Source: Octopus bimaculoides (lineage: Eukaryota). Taken from it: DNA of 64,000 nt. Under the pieces are notes generated by a model, which saw nothing but the letters and a program-made list of their open reading frames with translations, was not told the origin of the DNA and searched no databases. Positions 1 through 13,049 of this stretch are shown one piece after another; within the stretch, counting starts at the first letter, position 1; each line of letters starts with the position of its first letter. The position numbers and the translations under genes are program-made. Where the stretch lies: positions 16,008,338 through 16,072,337 of the forward strand of contig NC_068987.1 in assembly GCF_001194135.2 (NCBI RefSeq), given 5' to 3'.

Positions 1-35
1 TAACTTTGTTGAAATGACTAAAATTTTTTAATTAA

Positions 36-250
36 ACCCTTTAACATTCAAATTCTGTCAAAAGTAATGCTTGTTTATTCACATTGGTTTCAATAAATCA
101 TGCACTATCTGGTAACTTTGAGATTTTGATGTGGCAACTGTTTTTTATGATGATAAAGTAGGGTTTCTATGAGGGGTCAGATTTAGCCAGTTTGAACATA
201 AAGCAGGTAGAATATTTTGGCTGGATATGGCTGGATTAAATGCTAAAGGA
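36..250. mobile_element. TTAA-flanked MITE, family 1, in the opposite orientation to 21040
   Basis: TTAA-ACCCTTTAACATT ... AATGCTAAAGGA-TTAA. The interior resembles the reverse complement of 21040-21257. Confidence 0.7.
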
Positions 251-267
251 TTAATTGTTAAAATATT

Positions 268-632
268 GGCGCAGGAGTGGCTGTGTGGTAAGTAGCTTGC
301 TTACCAACCATATGGTTCTAGGTTCATCTTGAGCAAATGTCTTCTACTATAGCCTCGGGCTGACCAAAGCCTTGTGAGTGGATTTGGTAGACAGAAACCG
401 AAAGAAGCCCATCGTATATATATGTGTTTGTGTGTCTGTGTTTGTCCCTCTAGCATTGCTTAACAACCAATGCTGGTGTGTTTATGTCCCCGTCACTTAG
501 CGGTTCGGCAAAAAGAGAGTGATAGAATAAGTACTAGGCTTACAAAGAATAAGTCCCAGGGCCGACTTGCTCGACTAAAGGCGGTGCTCCAGTATGACCG
601 CAGTCAAATGACTGAAACAAGTAAAAAGAGTA
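268..632 (+). mobile_element. tRNA-derived SINE family A with tail type 1
   Basis: GGCGCAGGAGTGGCTGTGTGGTAAG A-box-like head and GGTTCA B-box-like segment. Near-identical body and tail at 38675-39273. Confidence 0.9.
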
Positions 633-1464
633 TTGGGCACGAGCAAAGACAGCCTGTTCCAATTAGATTAACAGCATATGAACCCATCTTTCTTAACTTC
701 TTTGATGAAGGGCCTGATCCAGAAATGTTGGTATTTTTCTTTTCCTCATGGTCACTATGTTTATTTTTAATAACTACCTCCTAGCTTTTGGATTGCTTGT
801 TGCTGATGCAGTTCTACACCAGACTCTTCTGATTTTGAATTTTACCATGTTCTATAGTAATAATCCCTGGCACCATGCAAGTTTATAAGACCATCTAATT
901 GTTTGTTGCCAAGAGAACTTTAAAAGAAATATAAAATACTTAGACCATTGTGTGTTTACATACATCTAGATAAAGTTCATTGTTTTGCTAGCATCAATCT
1001 ACGTAGCTTATAATAAGTACAGTTTATTTAATGGTTGGAAGGGAAGAAGGACAGCTGCACTAACAGTTTTACACTTTATCAAATTAACAAAAGTCATCCT
1101 ATGCTCAAATGGAAAAAAGAAAAGGAAAAAAAAAAATCATTGACATAAAGACACAAATTGTAAAGAAATTATGAGTGATTGGATTGATGTGCTTGATATT
1201 TTATTGAATCTTCAGGGCACTGGAAGGTTGACACTAGTGGAATATTATTAAGTATTGAAAGGCATTTAATCTGATGCACTCCATTATACTACTACTACCA
1301 CTACTACTATTACTACTGATGATGATGGTGGCAGCGCCAACTGCTGTTTCTACTGATATAGGACCAAAGACACACATGTTGGGAAATTGATTCCAGTATT
1401 TGACTTGCTTATTTTATTAGACCTTGGGAGGAATTTGGTCTAAAAAAATCTTTTGACTAAGTTC

Positions 1465-2475
1465 AATAATAATGATAATAATAATCATTTCTATTAAAGG
1501 CACAAGGCCTGAAATTTGTGGGGAGGAGTAAGTTGATTTCATAGACCCCATTGTTTCACTAGTACTTAATTTATCGACTTTGAAAGGATGAAAGGCAAAG
1601 TTGACCTCAGCGAAATTTGAACTTAGAACATAGCGATGATAATAAAAAATAATAATAATAATAATAATAATAATCCTTTCTATTATAGGCTCATAGCCTG
1701 AAATTTTGGGGGAGGGGACCAGTCGATTACATCGACCCCAGTGCTCAACTGGTACTTATTTCCTTGACTCCAAAAGGATGAAAGGCAAAGTTAATCTTAG
1801 TGGCATTTGAACTCTGAGCATAAAGACAGATTAAATACCACTGGGCATTTGTGTCTGGTATGGTTACAATTCTGCCAGTTCACTGCCTTACTAATAATAA
1901 TGATAAATATAATTTCTATTATTGGCCTGAAATTTTGGTGGGTGGGGATCAAGTCAGTTACATTATGGTACTTAATTTCACAGGCCCTAAAGGATGGAAG
2001 GCAAAGTCAATCATGGCAGTGTTTGAACTTCGAGTATAAAGATGAAATGCTGCTAACCATTTTGTCTGACATGGTAATGATTCTGCCAGCTCACCACCTT
2101 AATAATAATAACTATAAAATGTTCTTGTTGTTGTTGAGGCACATGGCCAGCAGGATGAAAGGTAAAGTTGGCCTTGATTGGATATGAATTTGGAATGTAA
2201 AAAGACAGAACAAATATGGCATTTTAGCTTCTGCCACTCAAGTGCTCCAATTGTTTTTCATCCATCTGAAGGGTTCAATAAAGTACCTGTCTAGTACTGG
2301 GGTTGGTGTAATCAACTAAACTTGTCCCTTGAAATTGCTGGCCCTGTGTGCAAGTCACCATCATCATTATTTCGGGAGAGGGAACTATTGATTAAATCGA
2401 TGCCAGTACTTGATTGGTTCTTTAGCTTTCTCGGCCCCTTTACCACCAAAGAATGAAAGGCAAAGTTGACCTGAC
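1465..2475. mobile_element. Cluster of about 6 whole or partial SINE family B copies, mostly on the minus strand
   Basis: Recurrent GAAAGGATGAAAGGCAAAGTTGACCT and GGCCTGAAATTT.G.GG motifs separated by (AAT)n. One plus-strand copy at about 2238-2370. Confidence 0.85.
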
Positions 2476-2959
2476 ATAGGCACATTATCATAACTAATTA
2501 AGTGCAACTTATAATTAATTAATTTAGCATTTAATTATTATACTTTAATTTGTTGAATAATTTATCTAATAGCTCTTATTGAACAAGCACGATCTGTAGA
2601 CAGACATTTTCAGTATTTTTGACAATTTAATAAGATCAATTAAATTTGCAGGTCTAGAAAAAAACTAGCTTGGTTTCTTCTCCATTTTTAGAAAATTATC
2701 CCAAACTATTTTATAAATCTTTTATTCCCGTTGTATGGCCTGCATGATGTTTCATTATAAAGTTTATTGTTATATCTTTGTTTCTTCAGATAATAATTCT
2801 TATTAGGATCTATTAAATTTCTTTTATAAATTCTGTTGTAGCTATTTCAAAATTATTTTATGTTTTTTTGTGGGTTGGGAGCAGTTTTCTCTAAATTTAC
2901 TTTTTGGTCAAGTCTGATTGCTTTTCTGTTGTTCTTCTCCAATAGCACTGTAGTTTGAA

Positions 2960-3378
2960 CATGTCATCATCTTATCCTCCTCCACCACCTCCTCCGATGT
3001 CCAGCTTTTCTGTGCTTGTATTGACCAGACAGAATTTGTTGATGCAAATTTTCTTTGATCAGACGCTCTTCCTGTCACCAACCCTCACCTGTTTCCAAGC
3101 AAGATAATATTTTCCCCATAGCTAGACATGTTTCCTACAAACGCCTAGAATGACAACGATGCTCGTTTACAACCATCATGTGGAGTCTAGACAAGAGAAC
3201 ATATGCACGCACGCACAATGGGCTTCTTTCAGTTTCTGCCTACCAATTCCACTTACAAGGCTTTGATTGTCCCTGGGCTATAGTAGAAGATACTTGCCAA
3301 AGATTTCATGCAGTTGGACTGAACCCAAGACTACATGGTTTGGCAGCAAGTTTCTTAAGCAAACAACCATGCCTGTGC
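2960..3378 (-). mobile_element. SINE family A with LINE-like tail (type 2)
   Basis: Reverse-complement head at 3218-3378 joined to a tail ending in a (GAT)n-like repeat. Confidence 0.75.
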
Positions 3379-4235
3379 TTGTGTTTGCATATAATTTTTT
3401 AAATTATAATAAATTTAAGAAGAAAGTAGTTTCTTTTAAAAAATTAGAAATATGCCAACACATTATACATGTTTTATCCAGCAGATGTCTTTTATCTGCA
3501 TTTTGTATTCATGCCAGTGGAGCTTTCCCTCTTGCACATATTGGCTGATATCTTTAATGTCCAGCTATCTTCTTACTTTACTTGCAGCTCTGCTTTTCAT
3601 ACAAACTAATGTAGCCCAAATAGATAATACTTCTCTAATTTCTCTCCAGCTTCTGCAAGTCTTCTACATTCAGTGCTTCTTATGTTTCATGCAGTCTACA
3701 TTTGTATGGAGAAAAGGATCCCTTTTTTGTCAACAGAGACAGCATCTCCCTGGATCTTGATTTCTTCCAGCCTTTTCTTATTTCTATCTGTTTATTCTAG
3801 GAAGGTGCATTATGTATCCTCCAACCATGTGTTACATTAATTCACCTCCACCCATCAGACTACATCTCATCAGGCATTACTCGTGTTTCTAACCCCCTCC
3901 CCCCACTCTGCAGCCCAATGCCGCTTTGTCATCTCTTCCCTGTCCTCCCCTGCCAACTGTGTCATTGCTACCCTGCTGTTCCACTAATACCCATGTTCAC
4001 CACTCACTGCTTTTCGCTTCTCCTTCCCTCCAGCTCATCACTTACCCTGTCCAATCCTATGTACCACTCCACTTACGTTCACCTCCTTGTACATTAAGGG
4101 TATGCCCTGGCACATCACTACCATCTTCCTCTCTCTCCAACTGGGGTAGCCATTTATCTCCTGTACCAGCAAGTCATGTGTTTTTGTTCCTCTATTGTAG
4201 TTTAATCTCTCGTTGCCTGACACAAAGCTTCTTCC

Positions 4236-4240
<5 letters not shown>

Positions 4241-4314
<74 letters not shown>
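4241..4314. repeat. (CT)n microsatellite
   Basis: Perfect dinucleotide run. Confidence 0.98.
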
Positions 4315-4319
<5 letters not shown>

Positions 4320-4344
4320 GTCTTGCATGTTACCTGGTGACCTC

Positions 4345-4525
4345 ACTGCTGCTGGTGTCACATAAAATGCACCCAGCACACTCTGTAAAGTGGTTGGTAT
4401 TAGGAGAGGCATCCTGTCATAGAAACCATGCCAAACCTGGCAGTAGAGCTTGACCTCAGTCCTCTGGTTTATCAGCTCTTGTCAAACTATCCAACCCATT
4501 CCAACATGGAGAACAGACATTAAAT
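4345..4525 (+). mobile_element. RTE-LINE-type 3' tail fragment
   Basis: AAAATGCACCCAGCACACTCTGTAAAGTGGTTGGTATTAGG...CCAACCCATTCCAACATGG; similar to 61150-61326. Confidence 0.7.
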
Positions 4526-4734
4526 CACAATTGTCTATATATACATCATGTAAATTTTATACAACTGTAATTTTAGAAGCTTTATATGGTTAATACATAT
4601 CTAATTTTTATTAACATACCATTTTTTAAAAACACATTTTGATCAATATTCTAACCAAATATTAAAATGATGATGAGGATAATGATGTTTGTGCACATAG
4701 ATATGCATGATTTGTTGAATTATATTTTCAACAG

Positions 4735-4805
4735 GTTCCAATGTATTTCAGCATTGTATTTTATCTACAAACTACTGTTCAAGAGGATGGTCAGACCTAC
4801 TTAAT
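4735..4805 (+). other. Candidate 71-nt exon of unknown assignment
   Basis: TATTTTCAACAG acceptor and AAT|GTAAGA donor in non-repeat sequence. Two of three frames are open. No protein similarity recognised. Confidence 0.25.
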
Positions 4806-5430
4806 GTAAGAGTCACACTGGATAAATTTCAGATGTTTATTTGAGAACTGCAAGATATAAACGAACTTTGCACATGTTTATATTTTGACATATTTTGTTA
4901 CAAATATGTTATATAAATAATTAAGAAATACATGTATGCAATAATATTTATCCATGCATGTAGCTTTTCTTTTTCTTTTCTTTTTAAACTGCAGCATTGA
5001 ATTAATTTTACAAAGCATTCATACCAGATGTTTTCATAATCTCGACTATATTTGAAATTTTCACTGTATCAAGGCTGTTTGATAAGGTGATGCAGTACAG
5101 GAATATCTAAAAGAAATATGCAAATTTGCATTTCATTTTCATGAAAATTAGACCAAGTAAAATAAAGCTAAAACTCACTCACTCACACACGTGCACAGAG
5201 AGAGAAAGAGAGTGAGAGTAAATATCTGGTTAAAATATTGATAAAAATATGTTTAAAAAGAGGTAAGTTAACAAAATTAGATATGTATTGAACATAAACA
5301 CCTTCCAAAATTACAGTCCTATAAGATTTTCATGACATATATATATATAGACAATGCGACAATTGTCAGACTATGAAAGTGACTATTTGCTACTAATATT
5401 GGTGTTGTTGATCTCCAGCTTGGCTGTGAG

Positions 5431-6004
5431 TCATTGAAAATCTGGCCAATATATTGCCAAGGCTATACAAATTAGCTGCATCAAATGTTTATTTGTTGGG
5501 ATTGCATAATACTTTGACTTCACAAACTTCATTACAGAATACAATGACTCAATGTATATGAGGTGTTTGGAAGGGGATGGTCTCAGTGCAGGAACTTGCT
5601 TCGAGAACTCAGTTGTAAACCAAGATTTGTGGATCAATTTTTCACCCATGTTCTTCAGTAATTCCATTAGTAGTTCCATTTTTACAGTTGGAGGATTAGT
5701 TGACCATCAGTGACCACATCAATCATGAATGGATTTTTAAGGAAAGCAAAGAAAGGTCAAAGTCATCAAAGCTGTCGAAAGTATCAAGCGGTCCTAATTT
5801 GTTCATATTTTCTTCCAGTTTGTGGTCATCTATTTCAATATACATTACTTTCTTGCTGAAATTAAGAAAGTTGCTGAACTGTCTTGGCAATATATCTCTT
5901 TGAAAAAATTTTCTCTTGTTCCCAAAGCTGAAAATTGTCTGAGTAGTATCAGAAACAATGTTATCCTTCCCATTTGAATGCCTAGTTGAGAGTTTGCAGA
6001 TCAT
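5431..6004 (-). mobile_element. Heavily decayed RTE-like LINE ORF2 fragment
   Basis: ELLKNMGEKLIHKSW...VP...HLIY...SKYYAI resembles the ELLK.GGE.L...L...VP..W....IYK.GD...NYRGI region of RTE reverse transcriptases (recalled pattern). Confidence 0.5.
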
Positions 6005-6390
6005 TCATTACTGATTAGTAGGGAACATCAGATCTTCATTTCTCATTTTCCATGTGTGGTTAGGTAGAATCCACAAACCTGAACACATTATTGGTTGACA
6101 GTCACCTAACATTGTAGCAGAGAGAAACATCACTGGATTTATCTTCAAGCATCAGATATTCATTAAATTTCTGAAACATTAGTGAATTTTCCTCTTTAAG
6201 TATAGGAAACTGACAATTTCAAAGACAGATTTCATAACACCTTTATACTTAAGGTATCTGGCTGTCATATTATTCATGATGAATAATGCAATAGAAAGAG
6301 AGAAACTGTAGCTAGCAGGTTCACTTTCCATAAGTACCATTAATCCTTCATTTTCCCTACCATGACAGTACTCTCTCTCTCTCTCTCTCT

Positions 6391-6753
6391 NNNNNNNNNN
6401 NNNNNNNNNNNNNNNNNNNNNNNNNNNNNNNNNNNNNNNNNNNNNNNNNNNNNNNNNNNNNNNNNNNNNNNNNNNNNNNNNNNNNNNNNNNNNNNNNNNN
6501 NNNNNNNNNNNNNNNNNNNNNNNNNNNNNNNNNNNNNNNNNNNNNNNNNNNNNNNNNNNNNNNNNNNNNNNNNNNNNNNNNNNNNNNNNNNNNNNNNNNN
6601 NNNNNNNNNNNNNNNNNNNNNNNNNNNNNNNNNNNNNNNNNNNNNNNNNNNNNNNNNNNNNNNNNNNNNNNNNNNNNNNNNNNNNNNNNNNNNNNNNNNN
6701 NNNNNNNNNNNNNNNNNNNNNNNNNNNNNNNNNNNNNNNNNNNNNNNNNNNNN
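6391..6753. other. Assembly gap flanked by (CT)n. Other large gaps: 25772-25837, 26669-26834, 27702-28550, 47140-47507, 52771-52818, 59447-59556
   Basis: N runs. Small exons could be hidden in them. Confidence 0.99.
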
Positions 6754-6787
<34 letters not shown>

Positions 6788-8246
6788 CGGGATAACAGCA
6801 TATTTTTAAAGTTCAGCCCAGCCCATTTCTAATTAGAGAAAGAGGCCATATTCCCATTTTGGTTCCCTGCAATTTTCTCTTTGCCGAGCTCTGTTCTTGT
6901 TTATCTGGAATTTTGCAGTCTTACAGTTTTGTTGCGTTCTTGTTCAGGGATTGGTTGGGGTGGGGTGAAAAAACAGGGGGGTTTGATGTCTGCATATATA
7001 CATGTGCACATACTTGCATACGCACACACAATAAAAATATTCAATTATTAAACATTTGTACATCCAAATTTTGCCCACTTCTTTTTGGTATCACTGTATT
7101 ATGGATGATTTTGTTGAAATAATCAAATAATCAGCTGTTACCCAAAGTTAACACAAGATATCCTTTTACAGGCAATTTGTCGATGTAACTAATCTTTCCT
7201 TTCCTTCATGGTATGTGCAGTCTTTTCAGTATGATCTCAATGACGATTGCCAGTGTACTGCATTATGTCATGGGTATTTCTTTGTTGGCATCTGCTGAAT
7301 CTGCATACAAACATACTTTCACTAACAAAAACTAAACTGTACTGTTCCCATCATCATATTTCCTTGAATGTGGGTTCAGCATACTTGTTGATCTGTTGTA
7401 CAGGAAGTAAATTAAAAGCATGAAATCACAAAATGAGGAAACTTACACCTGATATTGACCAGGTGTAATATCAGGCTGACTACAAGTGGCTTGCGGACCA
7501 ACATCAGCTATGAGGCTCTCATTGACAATTTGGCCATGTTTGTTATGTGTCATTAGTGTATTTATTAATATTTAATAAATTACAGTGATATAAGGCTGTA
7601 ACATTAATCATGTCATAATTGGTACATATTGTTAGTTAAGTAAATTCTGTCTGATTTACTTTCAGCAATAAACGACATAAAAGGAGCAAAGTTGTGTGTG
7701 TGTGACTGTTTTTATTCTGATACTAGGATAATGGTGTTCTGTGTTGATATCTTGTAACTTAGTAGTTCAACAGAGATCGTTAAGTACCTTTCTCAAGAAA
7801 AAATTAGCACTTTGGGTTGTAGGATCTATTGTAACCCTTCAAGGTAGTGCTCCTGTGTGAATGTAGCCAAATGACTGAAATACATAAAACTATGTGCATG
7901 CAAGCACACATGTGCATGCATGTGTGTGCACACATACACACACAGCCATCCTATGTATTGGAGTGTTGAGCCCCCTAAAAATCTTGCTATAATGTGAAAT
8001 CTCTTAACAAACATATTTTCCTAATTTTTTTTATGTTCATTGACTTCCTTGTGAATTTAGGAATATATGTTTGCAGTGTTGTTGCTTGTTTGTAGTTACA
8101 TAAAATGATATTCCAACAGAGCATATTTCCATTTCGGTCTCCTGATTCTCTTCTTGCTTCTCTGGTTGGAATTTTTGCAGTTTTCCTGCTGTGCTGTGCT
8201 CTAAAGGATTAAAAAAAAAAATGGAAATTAGATATTTGCAAACATA

Positions 8247-8640
8247 GGTGAAGATGTGGTTGTGTGGTTAAGAAGTTTACTCCTCAACCGCATGGTTTTA
8301 GGTTCAGTCTCACTGTGTGGAACCTTGGGCAAGTTTCTTTTACTGTATCCTTGGACCAACCAATGGACTTGGTTGATAGAAACTTTGGGTTGGAATATTT
8401 TTGTGTCTCCCTGTCTTGACAGTAAATGAGGGTCATTGTCATTCAAGCAGTGTCAGTCATTTCCAGTATTCTGCATAAAACATGCTTATCTGTGGGGAAG
8501 TATTATTACCTTGTTTAGAAGCAGGTGAGAAATGACCACTGGAAGAGCATCTAGCTGTAGAAAATCTACTTCCAACAAATTCCATCTGCCCCATGCAAGT
8601 ATGGAAAAGCAGGCATTAAAATGATTATGATGATAATGTA
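8247..8640 (+). mobile_element. SINE family A with LINE-like tail (type 2), diverged
   Basis: Degenerate head followed by ...GAAGAGCATCTAGCTGTAGAAAATCT...CCCATGCAAGTATGGAAAAG...ATGATTATGATG. Confidence 0.75.
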
Positions 8641-9854
8641 TATATACCCCATATATGCAAATAATGTACATCTATATCGACATAAATGCATAAAATGCAG
8701 ATACTCCAATTTATTCCAGTAGGTGTATCACAAGATGGTAATATATGATATTCTCAATGATACTTTATTTACAAAAAAACATTTTTTTTTTAGAAAGAAG
8801 CTGGGAAATTTATGTATGGATTTTGGAAAGTTTTTTGGAAGAGAAATACACAATCTCTTAAAAAAATACATAACGGATCAGTATTTATTGACTGTTGAAT
8901 AAAGTTTGTTTTTGATATTCTTGGTTTTATGTGTACATTTATTAAATGGAAGCATTCTTCAGATGGTATTTTGTAAATAATGAGTTTACAGCAAAATAAA
9001 AATATTGCACATAACATGGTGGTGGTGGTGGAGGATTGTTGTAGAATTAAGGTAGTAAAAAAATAAAACTGGAACTAGAATCTGAATCTTTTGAACAAGA
9101 AAGACTTTATTTTGAAAGCATTTTTGCTTTTAAAAGCGTTTGTATTGGGATTTGTCTCTCTTCTCATGATTGATGTTACTAAAATATGAATGAAGTGTGT
9201 AGAAGATATTAGAGACCATCAAACATGCACAGTATTGGAGTCAGATGCCAGACCTGCAGTTTTTCTCTTTAACTATCAAAGTATATAATAATACAAAACT
9301 ATTCACATTGATATTGGTTTTTATCATTTTAGCTTAAAAGATATTTAACTCATTTTTAAATTTGTGTATTAACATTGGTGTTAAGCAGTAATTTTCAACT
9401 TAAAAAAAATTGTTTACAAATATTTAGTGAGAATTTATTGCTATTAAACTGTTTATGTGAGAATTTAAGATTAATGTTAACTTCTTAAAACAACTAATTT
9501 TGTTTGTTACTGAGATATGTTTCAATAAGAATAGTTGATGTAAGTCTTTAATTAGTATATAAATAACAAAGAACATAATACTCTGCGATAATGAAGCAGA
9601 CATGTAAATGTTATCAAATGTTATTTTGTAAATAACATTTTTTCCCCCTTCGATGAAAGTGTAAAATTGTACATAATGTCTAAATAAGGCAGCTATACAC
9701 AACACCTCATGGAAAAGAGAGGGAGAAGCGCTTTATCAAAATTAACAGTTGATTTAATTTTTGATAGTTTTATCAAAGAAAATGAGGTGAGATGTGCATG
9801 GTAACAGATGGTGGGCCCTCAGCTTTAGCACAACCTGAAGGTCATTCATTGTCA

Positions 9855-10070
9855 GCATCATATAATGTCCCATTTCCATGCTGGCATGAGTTGGATAGTT
9901 TCACAGTATTTGGTAAGCCTCAGGGCTGAGTTGAGCTCCAATGCCAGCCATTCACATGGTTTCTATGGCTGGATGCCCTTGCTAATGTTAACCACTTTAC
10001 AGTGTGAACTGAGTGCCTTTTGCTTTTATATCAGTAGCTTTAGTGAGGTCACCAAGTAAGTTGTAAGACA
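9855..10070 (-). mobile_element. RTE-LINE-type 3' tail fragment
   Basis: Reverse complement of the common tail. Confidence 0.7.
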
Positions 10071-10793
10071 AGAAGAGAACAGGTAAAAGCTAAAAGAAAA
10101 ACCAATAAAAAAAGTACCCATGTCTAATGAAGACAATTTGACTGTTGGAGCTATTTTTAATACAATGAAGTCAAGGAACATTTAGCTTTCAGGTTGTTTC
10201 TCTTGTGAAGCATATACAATATCATTTAAAAGTTGATTTATTTAAATATTTTTCTTTTTACAACTGTCTGGAAAAAGTTGTTGTAGAATTATATCTATAA
10301 TATATAAAATTAAATTTTTCTACAAGTGAATTTTTTGTTTGGATTCCACTTGCTATTTCTTTCACACACTTTATTCATGAGACCAAAATAACCATGCTGA
10401 TAAGGCGAACTATTTTATTTAGTCCAATAGAAAACCATAATTGATGTACGTGGAGCGTTTTCCTATGAATATTGCCACTTTTCATAATGATTAAATTATG
10501 AATAAACCATTTTCCAACTCTATATTCTTGTAATCACTCACATTAACACATTTCATTTCCCCCCTTAAATCCATGTTAGAGGTAATTTTTTAAATTTATT
10601 TCTTTGTTTTTGTTTTTATTTTTAGTCGGTTAACTTTAATAAATGGTTCCAGTAACCATTCATATTTACTTAATAGCTTCATTCTTATTTTGTCTGCAAG
10701 CATTTCAGCGGTAATTGAACTTCATTTTCTTCTTAGTTTTCAGTTTATACACACACACACACAAATGTATGCACAGACACACGNNNNNNNNNN

Positions 10794-10825
<32 letters not shown>

Positions 10826-11185
10826 GATGGGGAGGGGGGATATATTGTGCTGCTTCTCTGTAAATCGAAAAAAAGAAAAAGGAAAAAGAATGCTAAAAAA
10901 CAGCGAATATCCTTTTCTGTTCTTATTGTGTTTATTAATAGAAAAACTTAAACCATGCTGTTAGGAAGAAAAAAAAATCTTTATTTCAACAATAAAAATG
11001 TATTTTAGCTGATTTATCTCCGTAAATAATTCTTGACTGGAACAAACATGCACATGTATGCATGAGCACATACACACATACACGAATGGAAATATATAGA
11101 CTTCAATCAAATCCTTGTGACCTTATTACAATCTTGTCTGTCTTCATTAAGAAAGTGACAGTTGGCTGAATCAAAGGCATATAAA

Positions 11186-11236
11186 CTTTCTGCTCAATCC
11201 CTATTCATAAGCTTTCTGCTCAATCCCCATTCATAA
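11186..11236. repeat. 26-bp tandem duplication (two copies)
   Basis: CTTTCTGCTCAATCCC(T/C)ATTCATAA twice. Confidence 0.9.
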
Positions 11237-13049
11237 CTTTGTCCAGGAGAAAGACAGAAGACCAGAATATTGCATATGCAGCAGGTGCACAACAAAAATG
11301 ACAAGGCTTTTATTAACTTGCAGTGATAGATTCAAATTATCCCAAAAGCAAGGCTTAGATAATAGATTTAGCATTCCAAAGAGAGATAATAGATATTTCA
11401 CATACTGCCTAATGCCCTGAACACAGTGTTATCTATCAAGGTTGATGGTAAATCTTTTTGGTTGAAGGGTTAAGGAGAACGGTTAGTACTTAGTCTGAAG
11501 GATATGACACAGTTGAGATGGCAGAAGTATTTTAGGGCAGTTTTGTTAGAAAACTCATTTAGTAGTGATGTTGGTGGTGGCAGGTGAAGATCTTCAAAAT
11601 ATTGGTGATTGAAAGCTTGTTCAATTATCACTTGACTCACTGTTTTCTTAGGCAGATCTGTTGAGTTTTCTTAGATGCAATTATTATGTGTGTGTGTGTG
11701 TGTGTGTGTGTGTTGCTTTGTTCTCGATATGTAAGTGGTAGTCAGATAGCAGTGACCTTTCACCTTATTGGATAGAGTAGTTCCTAATATGGGGATTGCT
11801 TTGTATATGGTTTAGTGCTAAAATTTTGACAATAGACCCAACTTTTTTTTGTAATATTTCCAATTTATAAGTTTGTTTTTAGGAACCCCCCCCCCCCATT
11901 TAATCAATGCAAGAATAGAATTTCTTTTTTACCCCATTACTGCATAATCAACCTATACCCTGCACTTCGCTCATTTTCAACACTCTTCAAAAGCATCCTA
12001 ACTAGTGTCCTTTTGTCATAACCTGGGCTTTATCATGGTATCCATATACCTAACTGCTCTTCAGTTACTTCCTTCTCAAATCTAGCTTCCTTACAATGGT
12101 TTTATTTCTCCCGAGAGAAGAGGAGACTGGCATGCATACAATGGAGATGATCGAGTTTGTACTCTCTTGGGGAATGTTATTTCTGCATCAGAGAGACGGT
12201 TGGTATTTTAAATTAAGTTCATGAGCACAACAGATCCAAGCAAATGCAGATTTCTAGAAAGTTATACAATTTGGAGTTAGACTGAAATTAAGAATAACAA
12301 TAAGGCGAGGAAGGTGAAAAAAAAAAAGAAAAGAAAGAAGAAAAAGATTGCAAACAATTATTGATTGCAATTAATGAATATAAGATTTTACATATTTCTG
12401 TTTAAAACCAGTTTTTAATTATTATCATCATCACTGTTGTTATTGTTGTCATTGTCAACTTTTGTCATCAATGTTACTAAATCTACTTTTCTATGCCATT
12501 ATGAGGTTGGATGAGTCAGCACAATAGCATACATCTTCGCAATATTGCTAATCACTATGGTAATAGACGTATTTTATATAGTAGTTCTCAGTAATTCATT
12601 ATTTCTCTTTTACTTCATTTTGCATTATTTTGTCATAATTTTAAAGAAGCATTTTGCTATTTGTTTAAAAAATTCTTGTTGACAAAATGTAATGCACACC
12701 AATTTGACAATATACATACATTTGGTGAGATGAAAGATCCCCTCCACTTTCCCACCTCCAATGCAAATCCTACTGGATATATTCCTTTTAATTGTCATAT
12801 TTTCACAAAGTTTTATTGGAAATGAGTCAGTCTCTTTTATACTGTATCAACCTGAATAAACCAATTGCTAAGTGTATAAACACAGAATCCAGTAGAAAGA
12901 ACTTTTTAAAAAAAATCATTGCTGTTTTTCGTCAAGTTAAAGGGGAGAAAAATAACTAATTTGAATTAGTCTTTGTCAGAAATTCCCATTTGGGAATTTT
13001 TCTTACTATTTCTTATAGACTTGCTTATCTAAAATATTTGTATGCATTG

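Noticed and set aside
3926-4453. 175-aa and 124-aa ORFs
   Set aside because: Held open by the (CT)n microsatellite and C-rich repeat sequence; no splice or codon support.
9808-9840. 33-nt exon-like DGGPSALAQPE
   Set aside because: No polypyrimidine tract, weak donor (GTCATT), and it abuts a LINE tail.
11950-12240. Possible minus-strand mariner C-terminal remnant
   Set aside because: Only vague motif echoes and no TIR found; too degraded to support.
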